The notes beneath the pieces are model-generated. The model was not told the origin of the DNA. It saw only the letters and a program-made list of their open reading frames with translations, and searched no databases. A stretch of 46,704 nucleotides of DNA from a virus (Duplodnaviria > Caudoviricetes): positions 1 through 46,704 of IMG/VR virus record IMGVR_UViG_3300049012_000012; one strand, written 5' to 3'. Positions 26,092 through 34,185 of the stretch are shown piece by piece (within the stretch, counting starts at the first letter, position 1; every line of letters begins with the position of its first letter). Made by a program: the position numbers and the translations under genes.

Positions 26092-26313
26092 ATGAACGCC
26101 ACCCAACTGACCCCGACCCAAGTCTCCAACCTGATCGAAGCCGGCAACGCAGCGTTCGACGGTGTCCGTCGCCGCCCGGTGGCCTGCTTCACCCCGGAAG
26201 GCCTCGCCGTGGTGTGCTGCGGCCGTACCGCCAAGAAGAACGGCTGGGTGGTGGTTGGTCGCCTGTTCAAGCGTGACCGCAAGGCTGAGCGCGCTGCCCG
26301 CGTCGCTTCCTGA
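26092..26313 (+). CDS. Hypothetical early protein, paralog of 43807-44253
   Basis: AGGAG RBS; EAG..AFDG.R.RP and VVCC.RTA.KNGW are shared with 43807-44253. Confidence 0.8.
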   Translation: MNATQLTPTQVSNLIEAGNAAFDGVRRRPVACFTPEGLAVVCCGRTAKKNGWVVVGRLFKRDRKAERAARVAS

Positions 26314-26364
26314 GCTTGACGCCCTGCCCCGCGTGCGGGGTAGTGGTCAACCCCAGGAGGCCCT

Positions 26365-26628
26365 ATGAGCCAGTACTTCTCCTACGCCAGTGACGCCCGT
26401 GAGTTCATCGAAGCCGCAGGCCCTTGGAACCACGAGATCACCGGTCGTAAGCACTTTGGTGAGGATGGCCTGATGCACCGCGTGGATTGCACAAGGGAGT
26501 TCCAGAACACCGCGCCTGAGTGGGCCTACTTCAGCCAGCTGCGCCCAGAGTACATGGATGAACTCATGAACGCGATCTGGGCGGATGAAACGCTCGAATG
26601 CCCTGAGTCCTACAACGACCACTTCTAG
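26365..26628 (+). CDS. Hypothetical protein
   Basis: AGGAGG RBS, 87 aa. Confidence 0.78.
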   Translation: MSQYFSYASDAREFIEAAGPWNHEITGRKHFGEDGLMHRVDCTREFQNTAPEWAYFSQLRPEYMDELMNAIWADETLECPESYNDHF

Positions 26629-26640
26629 AGGAGCGAACCC

Positions 26641-26853
26641 ATGAAACGCCTGACCCAGAAGCACTGCACGCGCATCGCGCGTCTGTTCAACAGCATCACC
26701 GTGGCCGAGGGCATGATGCGCACCGCGAACAAGGAGAAGAACCACGAGAGCTACACGCTCTGGGAGAAGTCTGCCGAGAACGCCGCCCGCATCCTCCGCG
26801 ACGAGTTCGGCATCCGCGCCATTGGCGTGCGCATCGACGGCAACCTGGAATGA
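26641..26853 (+). CDS. Hypothetical protein
   Basis: GAGGAG RBS, 70 aa. Confidence 0.78.
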   Translation: MKRLTQKHCTRIARLFNSITVAEGMMRTANKEKNHESYTLWEKSAENAARILRDEFGIRAIGVRIDGNLE

Positions 26854-26892
26854 CCAACCCCGGGGCTACGGCCCCACAACTAGGAGAGTGTG

Positions 26893-27288
26893 ATGGCAAC
26901 GAAGAAAGACACGCGCGATACGAAGCTACTGGCGAAGGCACTCGTCAAGCGTGAGGCCGCGAAGCGCGGTGCCAAGGGAGCGCTGGAGGCAGTCAAGCGC
27001 GCTCACACCGTTGGTGACTTGGCGAAGGCCAAGCAGAAGGTCCGAGACATCGCCAACGAACTCAGCAGCCCCGTGGAGGTCATCAAGGAGCAGCTGGAGG
27101 GCATCGACCGAGAGTTCCCCGGCAGCATGGGCACCGGCCCGGTCAGCACCCTGCCCGAGTACTTCGTGTGTGAGGAGGGTCCGATGGGCGGCATCCACAT
27201 CATCTTCGTGGGTGCCAGCTTGGAGCAGGCCGAGAAGTACGTGGACTACTTCCGAAAGGGGGCCAGCATCTACAAGAAGGTCATGTAG
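26893..27288 (+). CDS. Hypothetical protein
   Basis: AGGAG RBS; basic helical N-terminus. Confidence 0.75.
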   Translation: MATKKDTRDTKLLAKALVKREAAKRGAKGALEAVKRAHTVGDLAKAKQKVRDIANELSSPVEVIKEQLEGIDREFPGSMGTGPVSTLPEYFVCEEGPMGGIHIIFVGASLEQAEKYVDYFRKGASIYKKVM

Positions 27289-27297
27289 TCGGGAAAG

Positions 27298-27360
27298 CCC
27301 CGGCTCTTGACCGGGGTATTCGTGGCATGCGATGATTCGTTCATCAACAAACGAAGGAGC
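27298..27360 (+). promoter_or_regulatory. Conserved early promoter, copy 2
   Basis: TTGACC-18 nt-GATGAT; the -35 box is flanked by the inverted repeat CCCCGG/CCGGGG; the downstream TCGTTCATCAACAA is identical to copy 3. Confidence 0.7.
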
Positions 27361-27365
27361 ATGAA

Positions 27366-27701
27366 ATGACCCAGGTTCGTGACCCCCGCTACCCGCACCC
27401 CGGTCTGTTCGCCCGTACCAAGGGGCAGCGGTATGACCCGCCGCTGCTCGGCCAGTTCAATTCGCTTGAAGCTGACGGTACTGTGGTGGGTGGTGACGTC
27501 TGTGGCCCCCAGTCGTTCATTGGCATGGGCAAGGTGGTCGGTGAGTTCGACGGGTTTGATGGTTTCGGCTCCCCTACACGGTATGAGGCCATCCAGGTCA
27601 CCCGCGCTGATGGGGTGGTCGTGCCCGCGTTCCGCATCAAGGCTGAAGGCACGCAGTACAACATCTGCCAGTGCTACACCGTCAAGGCGTACCGCCCCTG
27701 A
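27366..27701 (+). CDS. Hypothetical protein
   Basis: GAAGGAG RBS, 111 aa. Confidence 0.72.
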   Translation: MTQVRDPRYPHPGLFARTKGQRYDPPLLGQFNSLEADGTVVGGDVCGPQSFIGMGKVVGEFDGFDGFGSPTRYEAIQVTRADGVVVPAFRIKAEGTQYNICQCYTVKAYRP

Positions 27702-27712
27702 CTTCACCCGCC

Positions 27713-27741
27713 TAGCGCCCGCTTGGGGTGCTATGGGGTGC
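27713..27741 (+). promoter_or_regulatory. Repeated intergenic hairpin element, copy A
   Basis: TAGCGCCCGCTTGGGGTGCTATGGGGTGC, near identical to 43744-43771. Confidence 0.65.
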
Positions 27742-27768
27742 AGCCCGCACCGAGTGAAAGGAACCGTT

Positions 27769-28062
27769 ATGGCAACCGACCCGAAGGTGCTGGTGCAGAT
27801 TGCACTGGAGCACGACCTGGAGAGCGCCTGTCGCTCGTTCAAGGACAACCCCAACGCTGACAACTGGCTTGCCCTGGAGCACTCCATGGGCGCCTACCAG
27901 ATGATGCGCCACGGGTTCGAAACCACCCAGCAGCGCACGGAGTACTGCACGGAGCTCTACCACACCGTGCCCATTGCGCAGTGGACGGAGCGGCTGCACG
28001 CGCTGAACATCGCGCGCGCCACGGTCGCAGGCGTCAACCCCCTTGGCCGCAGGAGCCGGTGA
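27769..28062 (+). CDS. Hypothetical protein
   Basis: GAAAGGA RBS; MATDPKVLVQ...; 97 aa. Confidence 0.75.
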   Translation: MATDPKVLVQIALEHDLESACRSFKDNPNADNWLALEHSMGAYQMMRHGFETTQQRTEYCTELYHTVPIAQWTERLHALNIARATVAGVNPLGRRSR

Positions 28063-28361
28063 TGCCGTACAGCCGCAAAGGCAAGGAGCCGACGGATGTC
28101 AGCCGGGTGGAAGAGTACATGCGCTTCCGTGATGACTTCGTGTCCATGGCTGAGCTCAAGGCAGCCACTGGCCTCGACAGCAACCATGTCAGTGCGTGCC
28201 TGTACCACCTGAAGAAGTTCAAGGCTGCCGACTCAGTCGAGTCCTTGGGCTCCCTCTGGTGGTTCCTGACCGGCACGGACCTCCGCTCCAAGATCGTCGA
28301 AGAGCGGGTCCGAGAAGAGAAGCCCCGGCGCACGCGCCGGATGAAACCGAAGGAGAAGTGA
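28062..28361 (+). CDS. Putative winged-helix DNA-binding protein
   Basis: AGGAG RBS; FVSMAELKAATGLDSNHVSACLYHL is HTH-like; basic tail. Confidence 0.6.
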   Translation: MPYSRKGKEPTDVSRVEEYMRFRDDFVSMAELKAATGLDSNHVSACLYHLKKFKAADSVESLGSLWWFLTGTDLRSKIVEERVREEKPRRTRRMKPKEK

Positions 28362-28363
28362 TC

Positions 28364-28615
28364 ATGGCGTTCGTATCCGTTGTGTCAATCGTGACCCCCG
28401 CCGTGGACCGCATGAACCGAGAGCGTGTGGTCGGTGAGTTCGTGGCGTTCACTGCTGACAGCCAAGAGCAGGCGCTGGAGTGGACTGACACGTTCATCGA
28501 CATGCCTGCGACCGAGAGACCCCCGCTGGTGCAGGCTGCCATCCAGGCCATCCTTGCTGTGCAGGTGGAGGGCGCCTTCGTGGTGCGCTGCCACACACGT
28601 TGGGGTGGCCTGTGA
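28364..28615 (+). CDS. Hypothetical protein
   Basis: AAGGAG RBS, 83 aa. Confidence 0.6.
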   Translation: MAFVSVVSIVTPAVDRMNRERVVGEFVAFTADSQEQALEWTDTFIDMPATERPPLVQAAIQAILAVQVEGAFVVRCHTRWGGL

Positions 28616-28813
28616 TCGCGTGGCTGCGGCGCCTGTTGGCGCGGCTGCGTGAGGAGGTGCGTGAGCTCCGGGTGATCGCTACGCCACCTGAGCGGCGCAA
28701 GGGTGACCGGCGCAAGACACCCCCCGGCTACTGAGAAGCTATACTTAGCGCCCCGTGAAAGGAACCTGCTGCGCCCGCAGCGGGCCTTTCACGCCATCCG
28801 TGAAAGGAACCGT

Positions 28814-29680
28814 ATGTCAGGCATCTACAAGCTCCCGAAGCTGGAGCAACACCCCCTCGCGATTCAACTCATGCCCGGAGGCATGGACCCGCATGAGTTC
28901 ACCGCGTTCTGTGAAGACATCGAAGCACGTGGCGTCCTCATGCCCGTGTGGAAGTACGAGAACAGGATCATCGACGGGTGGCACCGCTACCGTGCCGCCG
29001 AGAAGACCGGCTGCTCCCTCGAGATCAGGGACTACACGGGCAAGGACCCGGCCGGGTTCATCACGAGCGTCAACGTGCTGCGCCGCAAGCTGAGCAGCCT
29101 GCAACGCGCGCTGGTGGGGGCCAAGCTGCACCGTGACCACAACATGACCCAGCGTGACGTGTGTAAGAAGCTGGGGATCAGCAACGAGGTGGTCACGCTG
29201 GTGCTCAAGTGCATGGACAGCAAGAACGCTAAGATGATCAAGCGCATCGAGACCGATGGCGAGTTCACGCGCGGCATGCTGAAGGAGGAGCTCGAGGACG
29301 CGGGCCTCATCCGAGCCAAGGCCAAGGACGAGGCGCCTCCGCCGAGCGAGCCGGCCAGCGCTTTCAGTCCGAGCCACCTGAGCCTCGCAGGCGCCTCCAA
29401 CGGCCTCGACCACGATACCGATGGTAGCGATGAGGACGAGGAAGACGTGGAGGAGATCATCGGCAAGGGCAAGGCCTCGTCAGACCGCGCCTCCAAGAAG
29501 CCCAAGGCGAGCGCCGCGCAGCTGCTGTCCGAAAGCTTCAAGGCGCTGATGGCCGACGAGAAGATCACGTTCCTCCAGATGATCTGGCGTGAGGCCGGTC
29601 CGCTGGTCACCAAGCACAACATCGCCGGGCTGGGCAAGCCGACGAAGGCCGCACTGTCGAAGAAGGGAGCGAAGAAATGA
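28814..29680 (+). CDS. ParB/Srx N-terminal domain protein with HTH
   Basis: HP..LMP..EF..EDI..G...P..IIDGWHRYRA..N..RR; HTH MTQRDVCKKLGISNEVV; GAAAGGA RBS before the ATG at 28814. Confidence 0.85.
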   Translation: MSGIYKLPKLEQHPLAIQLMPGGMDPHEFTAFCEDIEARGVLMPVWKYENRIIDGWHRYRAAEKTGCSLEIRDYTGKDPAGFITSVNVLRRKLSSLQRALVGAKLHRDHNMTQRDVCKKLGISNEVVTLVLKCMDSKNAKMIKRIETDGEFTRGMLKEELEDAGLIRAKAKDEAPPPSEPASAFSPSHLSLAGASNGLDHDTDGSDEDEEDVEEIIGKGKASSDRASKKPKASAAQLLSESFKALMADEKITFLQMIWREAGPLVTKHNIAGLGKPTKAALSKKGAKK

Positions 29681-30021
29681 AGACGCACTACTTCAAGGCC
29701 GAGGACGCGCGTGAGGCGCGTGACCGCAGGCTGGCCCGACTGGCTCGGCCCAAGTTCGTCACCACGCAGCCCCCGCATGACTGCGGCCACGTCACGGTGG
29801 AGCTCGAGGGCAGCAACGAGACGGCCACCATCTTCGTAGATGGACAGCTGATCGAGGTGCGCCGCAACCACGCGGGTGCCCCCGTGATCACGCACCGCAC
29901 GCTGCCGGGCGTCAGCAGCAACCCCGGCCGGTACGCCCGGCTCCAGGTGCGCAACAACCCCGCCAACGCCTGCCTGTGCGTCCACTGCGCGCCCCAGGGC
30001 GCAAGGGGGTTCCATGACTAA
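29677..30021 (+). CDS. Hypothetical protein
   Basis: ATGA coupling to the parB-like gene; C-terminal CLCVHC. Confidence 0.6.
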   Translation: MKTHYFKAEDAREARDRRLARLARPKFVTTQPPHDCGHVTVELEGSNETATIFVDGQLIEVRRNHAGAPVITHRTLPGVSSNPGRYARLQVRNNPANACLCVHCAPQGARGFHD

Positions 30022-30283
30022 GGTGACGCCTACCCTGACGCCCTGGACGCGCCTGCGCCGCGCCTTCCTGCTGAACCTGCTCCGCGTGACGGCGATCATA
30101 GGGGCCGTGGTCGTGGTGTGCACGGCCTTCTTTGGTACGCTCTACCTGCTGGTCGTGGCCCCCATCGAAGGTGTGTGGTGGGCCGTGCCTCTTTGGATGA
30201 TCCTCGTCGCGGCGCTCTGCACCGTTGTGGGGGTTCTGAAGAACCGCATCTGGGGTTGGCTGGATGCCCTCGTCAACACTTGA
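30014..30283 (+). CDS. Small membrane protein (two predicted TM segments)
   Basis: Two long hydrophobic stretches, 89 aa. Confidence 0.7.
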   Translation: MTKVTPTLTPWTRLRRAFLLNLLRVTAIIGAVVVVCTAFFGTLYLLVVAPIEGVWWAVPLWMILVAALCTVVGVLKNRIWGWLDALVNT

Positions 30284-30506
30284 GACCCTCGCGTGCAAGC
30301 TGTACACGGCCGCTGCCCCGTGTCACCCTACCTGGGATCAGCTGGGTTCGGTGACGCGGGGCCTCTGGCTCGAACGCGCACAACTGAAGCTGGACGGAGA
30401 GCCGGAGTGGTGGAGCAAAACGAAGCTCCATGACTACGTCCCGCCCAGAATTGACCTACACCGACGCGCCCCCGGTCCTGGGGCGCAACACCAACGGAGA
30501 AAGCTC

Positions 30507-31118
30507 ATGAGCATGAACGAGAAACTGGCAGCCCAATTCGACGACCTCGCCGTCCTGATGTCTGCGATCGCAGGCTCCTTTCGGGATGAAGGAGGCGACG
30601 AAGGCGGTGCAGGAAAGCCTGCGAAGGCTGCAGGAAAATCTGCCGCCAAGCCTGCCGCCAAGGGAAAGGCCAAGCCCGCTGCCGAAGAGGAGACGGAAGA
30701 GGACGAGGTGACCGTGGACACCATCCGCGAGCGCCTGCGTGACCTGGTCGCAGCCAAGGACAAGGCGGCGATGCTGGCGGTGCTGAAGACGGTCGGCGCG
30801 AGCAAGCTGGCCGAGGTCGACGAGTCGCAGTTCGGCGAGCTCAACGACGCCATCACTCTGGCCATGGAGGAAGAGGAAGAGGAAGAAGAGCCGGCACCCA
30901 AGGCGAAGGCCAAGGGCAAGGCGAAGGCCAAGGGGCCGACCGCTGACGACGTGCAGGCCGCTGCCAAGGCGCTGCTCGAAGCCACCGACAAGGCGACGCT
31001 CACCAAGACGCTGAAGAAGCTCAAGCTCGCCAAGGCCGGCGACGCCGAGGAGGAGCAGTACCAGGACGTCATCGACGCCCTGACGGCCGCCATGCCGGAA
31101 GAGGAAGAGACCCTCTGA
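30507..31118 (+). CDS. Acidic Ala/Lys-rich protein with two copies of a small helical domain often found upstream of DUF2800 genes
   Basis: VTVDTIRERLRDL..VLKTVGASKLAEVDESQF is repeated as PTADDVQAAAKAL..TLKKLKLAKAGDAEEEQY; GGAG RBS before the ATG at 30507. The frame is open upstream to 30264. Confidence 0.78.
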   Translation: MSMNEKLAAQFDDLAVLMSAIAGSFRDEGGDEGGAGKPAKAAGKSAAKPAAKGKAKPAAEEETEEDEVTVDTIRERLRDLVAAKDKAAMLAVLKTVGASKLAEVDESQFGELNDAITLAMEEEEEEEEPAPKAKAKGKAKAKGPTADDVQAAAKALLEATDKATLTKTLKKLKLAKAGDAEEEQYQDVIDALTAAMPEEEETL

Positions 31119-31247
31119 GGCCATGAACGGCCTCACGCTGGGTGAACAGCAAGCGTTCTGGCTGTTCAACCTGCACCCGCTCACCCTGCGCGTCCGCGTG
31201 GGGTGGGCGAACCAAGAACGGCACCACTACTACTTCGGAAGAACCAG

Positions 31248-31565
31248 ATGAGCACTCGTCTCACTTTCCACAACCACGGCCCGAATGACCTCAAGGTCGT
31301 GTCAGAAGGCAAAACCACCTGCATCGGCGCGGGCAGCCGGTGTGACGTTCTGGTGACCGGTGACCTGCGGGTCTCCGAGGTCAAGCACCTCCGAACAGGT
31401 GAAGACGCGGCCGACGCGTACAACCAGACCGGGGCTGTCCGGGCGTACATGGGCGGGCGCGAGGGTGGCAAGAGCCGTCACCCGCTCGGCATGACCAACG
31501 ACCACGACGCGGGCGGCATCCAGCCCGACCCCGAGTTCGTGCGCATCGGCCCGACCGACTGCTGA
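31248..31565 (+). CDS. Hypothetical protein
   Basis: ATGA-coupled to a 42-codon ORF (31123-31251). Confidence 0.55.
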   Translation: MSTRLTFHNHGPNDLKVVSEGKTTCIGAGSRCDVLVTGDLRVSEVKHLRTGEDAADAYNQTGAVRAYMGGREGGKSRHPLGMTNDHDAGGIQPDPEFVRIGPTDC

Positions 31566-31567
31566 CC

Positions 31568-32314
31568 GTGAAGCACGCCAAGCTCAGTGCCAGCGCGTCA
31601 CACCGCTGGCTCGTGTGTCCTGGGAGCGTACAGGCCAATTGGGGTTCGCCCCGTGAGTCCTCCGTGTACGCGCTCGAGGGCACCAGCGCGCACGCGCTGC
31701 TGGAGGTGTGCATGCTGACTGGCTCTGACCCGGCGGACTACCTGGGGGTGGTCATCGAGAAGGGGCTGATGCCGGTGGATGAGGGCATGGCTGACGGTGT
31801 CGGCTACGCGCTCGACTTCATCCAGGCATACGTGGCCGACCACCCGAACGCCACGGTGTACAGCGAGCGCACGGTGCACTACGGTGAGACGATCGAAACC
31901 GAGGACGACATCGGCTTCGGTACGTCGGACATCATCATCGACAACCACCCCGACGAGCTCGTGGTCATCGACTACAAGCACGGCATCGGCATCCCGGTGA
32001 CCATCAAGAACAACAGCCAGATCAGGCTGTACATGCTCGGGGCCAAGCAGGAGTTCGGCAGGCGATACCGGCGGTATCGTGGCGTCGTCGTGCAACCGCG
32101 CGCACCCAAGCGCAAGCCCGTGCAGGAGGCCTGCTGGACGGACCCTGAGCTCTTCAAGTGGGTGAAGGGTACGGTCATCCCTGTGGTGCCCGTTGCGCTC
32201 AGCAAGGACGCCCCCAGGGTCGCTGGCAGCCACTGCCGGTACTGCGCTGCTGATGGCAACTGCAAGGCGCAGTACGACCTCGTGCTGAAGGCAGCACAGA
32301 AGGACTTCGCATGA
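31568..32314 (+). CDS. DUF2800 / Cas4-like PD-(D/E)XK exonuclease, N-terminal part
   Basis: HAKLSASASHRWLVCPGS, EGTSAH, FGTSD, VIDYKHG, N.Q..LY, QPR and G.HC.YC....C. Confidence 0.9.
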   Translation: MKHAKLSASASHRWLVCPGSVQANWGSPRESSVYALEGTSAHALLEVCMLTGSDPADYLGVVIEKGLMPVDEGMADGVGYALDFIQAYVADHPNATVYSERTVHYGETIETEDDIGFGTSDIIIDNHPDELVVIDYKHGIGIPVTIKNNSQIRLYMLGAKQEFGRRYRRYRGVVVQPRAPKRKPVQEACWTDPELFKWVKGTVIPVVPVALSKDAPRVAGSHCRYCAADGNCKAQYDLVLKAAQKDFA

Positions 32315-32517
32315 CAACGAACGGCCAACGACTGTACGAGTACAAGAACCCGCAGTACCTGACGGTGGTGCTCGCGTCTGACGTGTTCCGGCGGAACCCG
32401 TTCACGGTGTTGAACCCCGTGGAGCCGATCCCGTGGCGGTTCTTGACCGAACGGTGCAAGCAGGGCTGGGAGCAGCAAGCGCAGGGCCACTGGCTCTTCA
32501 GCGGGGAGCCGGCATGA
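32311..32517 (+). CDS. Small hypothetical protein inserted between the two DUF2800 halves
   Basis: 68 aa, ATGA-coupled at both ends. Confidence 0.6.
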   Translation: MTTNGQRLYEYKNPQYLTVVLASDVFRRNPFTVLNPVEPIPWRFLTERCKQGWEQQAQGHWLFSGEPA

Positions 32518-32906
32518 ACCCTAAGTCGCTGACCCCCAAGCAGATCGGCGAGATGCTGGCTGCGCTCGAGACCATTGAGCAGATCGGAAAGGCCGTGCGT
32601 GAGCGCGCGGTCGAGCTCCTTCACGCGGGGACTGACATCCCGGGCTACGAGGCAGCTTTCACCAGCCCACACCGTGCGTGGACGGACGAGGCCGAGGCAT
32701 CAGGCGAATTGGCTCGGCTCGGCCTCAAGGAGGACGAGCGGTACGTCACCGCGCTCCTCACGCCTGCCGCTGCCGAAGCCAAGCTCAAGGCAAAGAAGCT
32801 CTGGCCGAAGAAGCCCCGTGGGTCGGCCGCCGCTGACTTCACGGACCCCATCGCGAGCATCGTATCCAAGCCGGAGGGCAAGCCCACACTACGCAAGCTG
32901 ACCTGA
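32514..32906 (+). CDS. DUF2800 C-terminal part encoded as a separate ORF
   Basis: LTPKQIGEML..V...A..G..IPGY...R.WTDE...L.TPA.AE....KPEGKPTL matches the usual DUF2800 C-terminus. Confidence 0.78.
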   Translation: MNPKSLTPKQIGEMLAALETIEQIGKAVRERAVELLHAGTDIPGYEAAFTSPHRAWTDEAEASGELARLGLKEDERYVTALLTPAAAEAKLKAKKLWPKKPRGSAAADFTDPIASIVSKPEGKPTLRKLT

Positions 32907-33007
32907 GACACAATGCGCACCGCTGGCGCCTCATGCTTGGGGATTAAACGGGTGGAGACACCACTCGGCCAGCGCCACACTCACCAATCGGAACCAATAG
33001 GAACATC

Positions 33008-33622
33008 ATGGCAACCCGTGACACCGCATCGACCAAGATCCACACCCCGGCCGGCATCGCCTGCTTCGTCTACCTCCACACCCCCCGTGCCCGCAAGGAC
33101 AAGGACGGGAACGCGAAGGGTGACCCGAAGTACCAGATGAGCCTGTTCTTCGACGAGAGCACGAACCTCAAGGCGATGAAGGCACTGGCTCAGCGCGTCG
33201 GCACCGAGAAGTTCGGCCCCAAGTTCGTCGACCTCGTCAAGAAGGGCAAGATGAACTGGCCGTTCGAAGACGTGAGCGACCGCGACGAGGACGACCGCTA
33301 CCCCCCGTTCGAAACCACCGACGGCACGCTGGTCGGCTTCAAGTCCAAGGACAAGCCCGGCATCGTCGACGCTGACGCCGAGCCTCTCATGGACAAAGCC
33401 GACGTGTACAGCGGCATGGTGGCCCGCGCGTCCGTGCGCTGCTTCGCCTACGACAACGAGTCCAAGGGCGTGGCGTTCTACCTGATCAACGTGCAGAAGC
33501 TCGAAGACGGTGAGCGCATCAGCGGCGACATGAAGGCCGAGGACGACTTCAAGCCGGCCGGCAAGTCCAAGCCGAAGGCCAAGGGCAAGCCCACGGATGA
33601 CGAGGAGGATGAACTGCTCTGA
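33008..33622 (+). CDS. ssb: DUF2815 single-stranded DNA-binding protein
   Basis: PKYQMSL, KPGIVD, VYSG, GVAFYLINVQKLEDGERI, AEDDF and an acidic C-terminal tail. Confidence 0.9.
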   Translation: MATRDTASTKIHTPAGIACFVYLHTPRARKDKDGNAKGDPKYQMSLFFDESTNLKAMKALAQRVGTEKFGPKFVDLVKKGKMNWPFEDVSDRDEDDRYPPFETTDGTLVGFKSKDKPGIVDADAEPLMDKADVYSGMVARASVRCFAYDNESKGVAFYLINVQKLEDGERISGDMKAEDDFKPAGKSKPKAKGKPTDDEEDELL

Positions 33623-33700
33623 GCGGCATCCTCAGGCACACTTCACGTGCTTACCGCGCCTCAGGGGTTCTGAGGCACCCCAAACCATCTGGAGAGTGAC

Positions 33701-34123
33701 ATGACCACCAAGGAAGTGAACGTCGACGACGTTCTGGGCGACGCCCCCGCAAAGACCGCAGCCAAGAAGGCTGCACCCGCCAAGAAGGCCGCTGCCAAAG
33801 CCCCCGCCAAGAAGGCCGCTGCCAAGCCGGCTGCGAAGGCTGCTCCGGCGAAGAAGGCCGCGCCTGCCAAGAAGGCCGCTGTCGCCAAGACCACCAAGGA
33901 GCCGATCGTCTGGGCCGACGGTGAGCGCGACAAGCTGCGTGCCAAGATCCCCGGCATCGTCAAGCCGGCCGGCAAGAAGGGCATCAACAGCAAGGACCTC
34001 GCCGAGAAGCTGAAGGTCAGCACCCGCAAGCTGCGCCCCCTGCTGTACAGCATGGCGAACGCCGGCGAAGTCAAGGTGAAGCTCGAGGCCTCCAAGGTCC
34101 TCGGCATGACCGTGACGGCCTGA
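33701..34123 (+). CDS. Histone H1-like Lys/Ala-rich DNA-binding protein with a C-terminal winged-helix-like domain
   Basis: Repeated AKKAAPAKKAA; INSKDLAEKLKVSTRKLRPLLYSM. Confidence 0.75.
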   Translation: MTTKEVNVDDVLGDAPAKTAAKKAAPAKKAAAKAPAKKAAAKPAAKAAPAKKAAPAKKAAVAKTTKEPIVWADGERDKLRAKIPGIVKPAGKKGINSKDLAEKLKVSTRKLRPLLYSMANAGEVKVKLEASKVLGMTVTA

Positions 34124-34142
34124 CCTTCCGGCCGCAACTGAG

Positions 34143-34166
34143 AGGCCCGCTTCGGCGGGCTTTTTC
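34143..34166 (+). terminator. Intrinsic terminator
   Basis: GCCCGC-TTCG-GCGGGC followed by TTTTT. Confidence 0.9.
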
Positions 34167-34185
34167 GTCTCCAAGGAGCCAATCC

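Noticed and set aside
27754-27765. Recurrent TGAAAGGAACC as a novel repeat family
   Set aside because: Most copies sit just before start codons and are explained as extended Shine-Dalgarno sequences; only the duplicated copy at 28753 and the orphan at 25826 were kept.
31568-32314. Cas4-like gene as evidence for a CRISPR-Cas system
   Set aside because: No repeat-spacer array or other cas genes were seen; DUF2800 is a standard part of this replication module.
32311-32517. Self-splicing intron or intein in the DUF2800 gene
   Set aside because: It is only about 200 nt with no recognisable group I/II or intein motifs, and excision at the GCATGA repeat would leave a stop codon.
33760-33890. GCCAAGAAGGCC repeats as a DNA-level array
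   Set aside because: They are degenerate and explained by the PAKKAA protein repeats.
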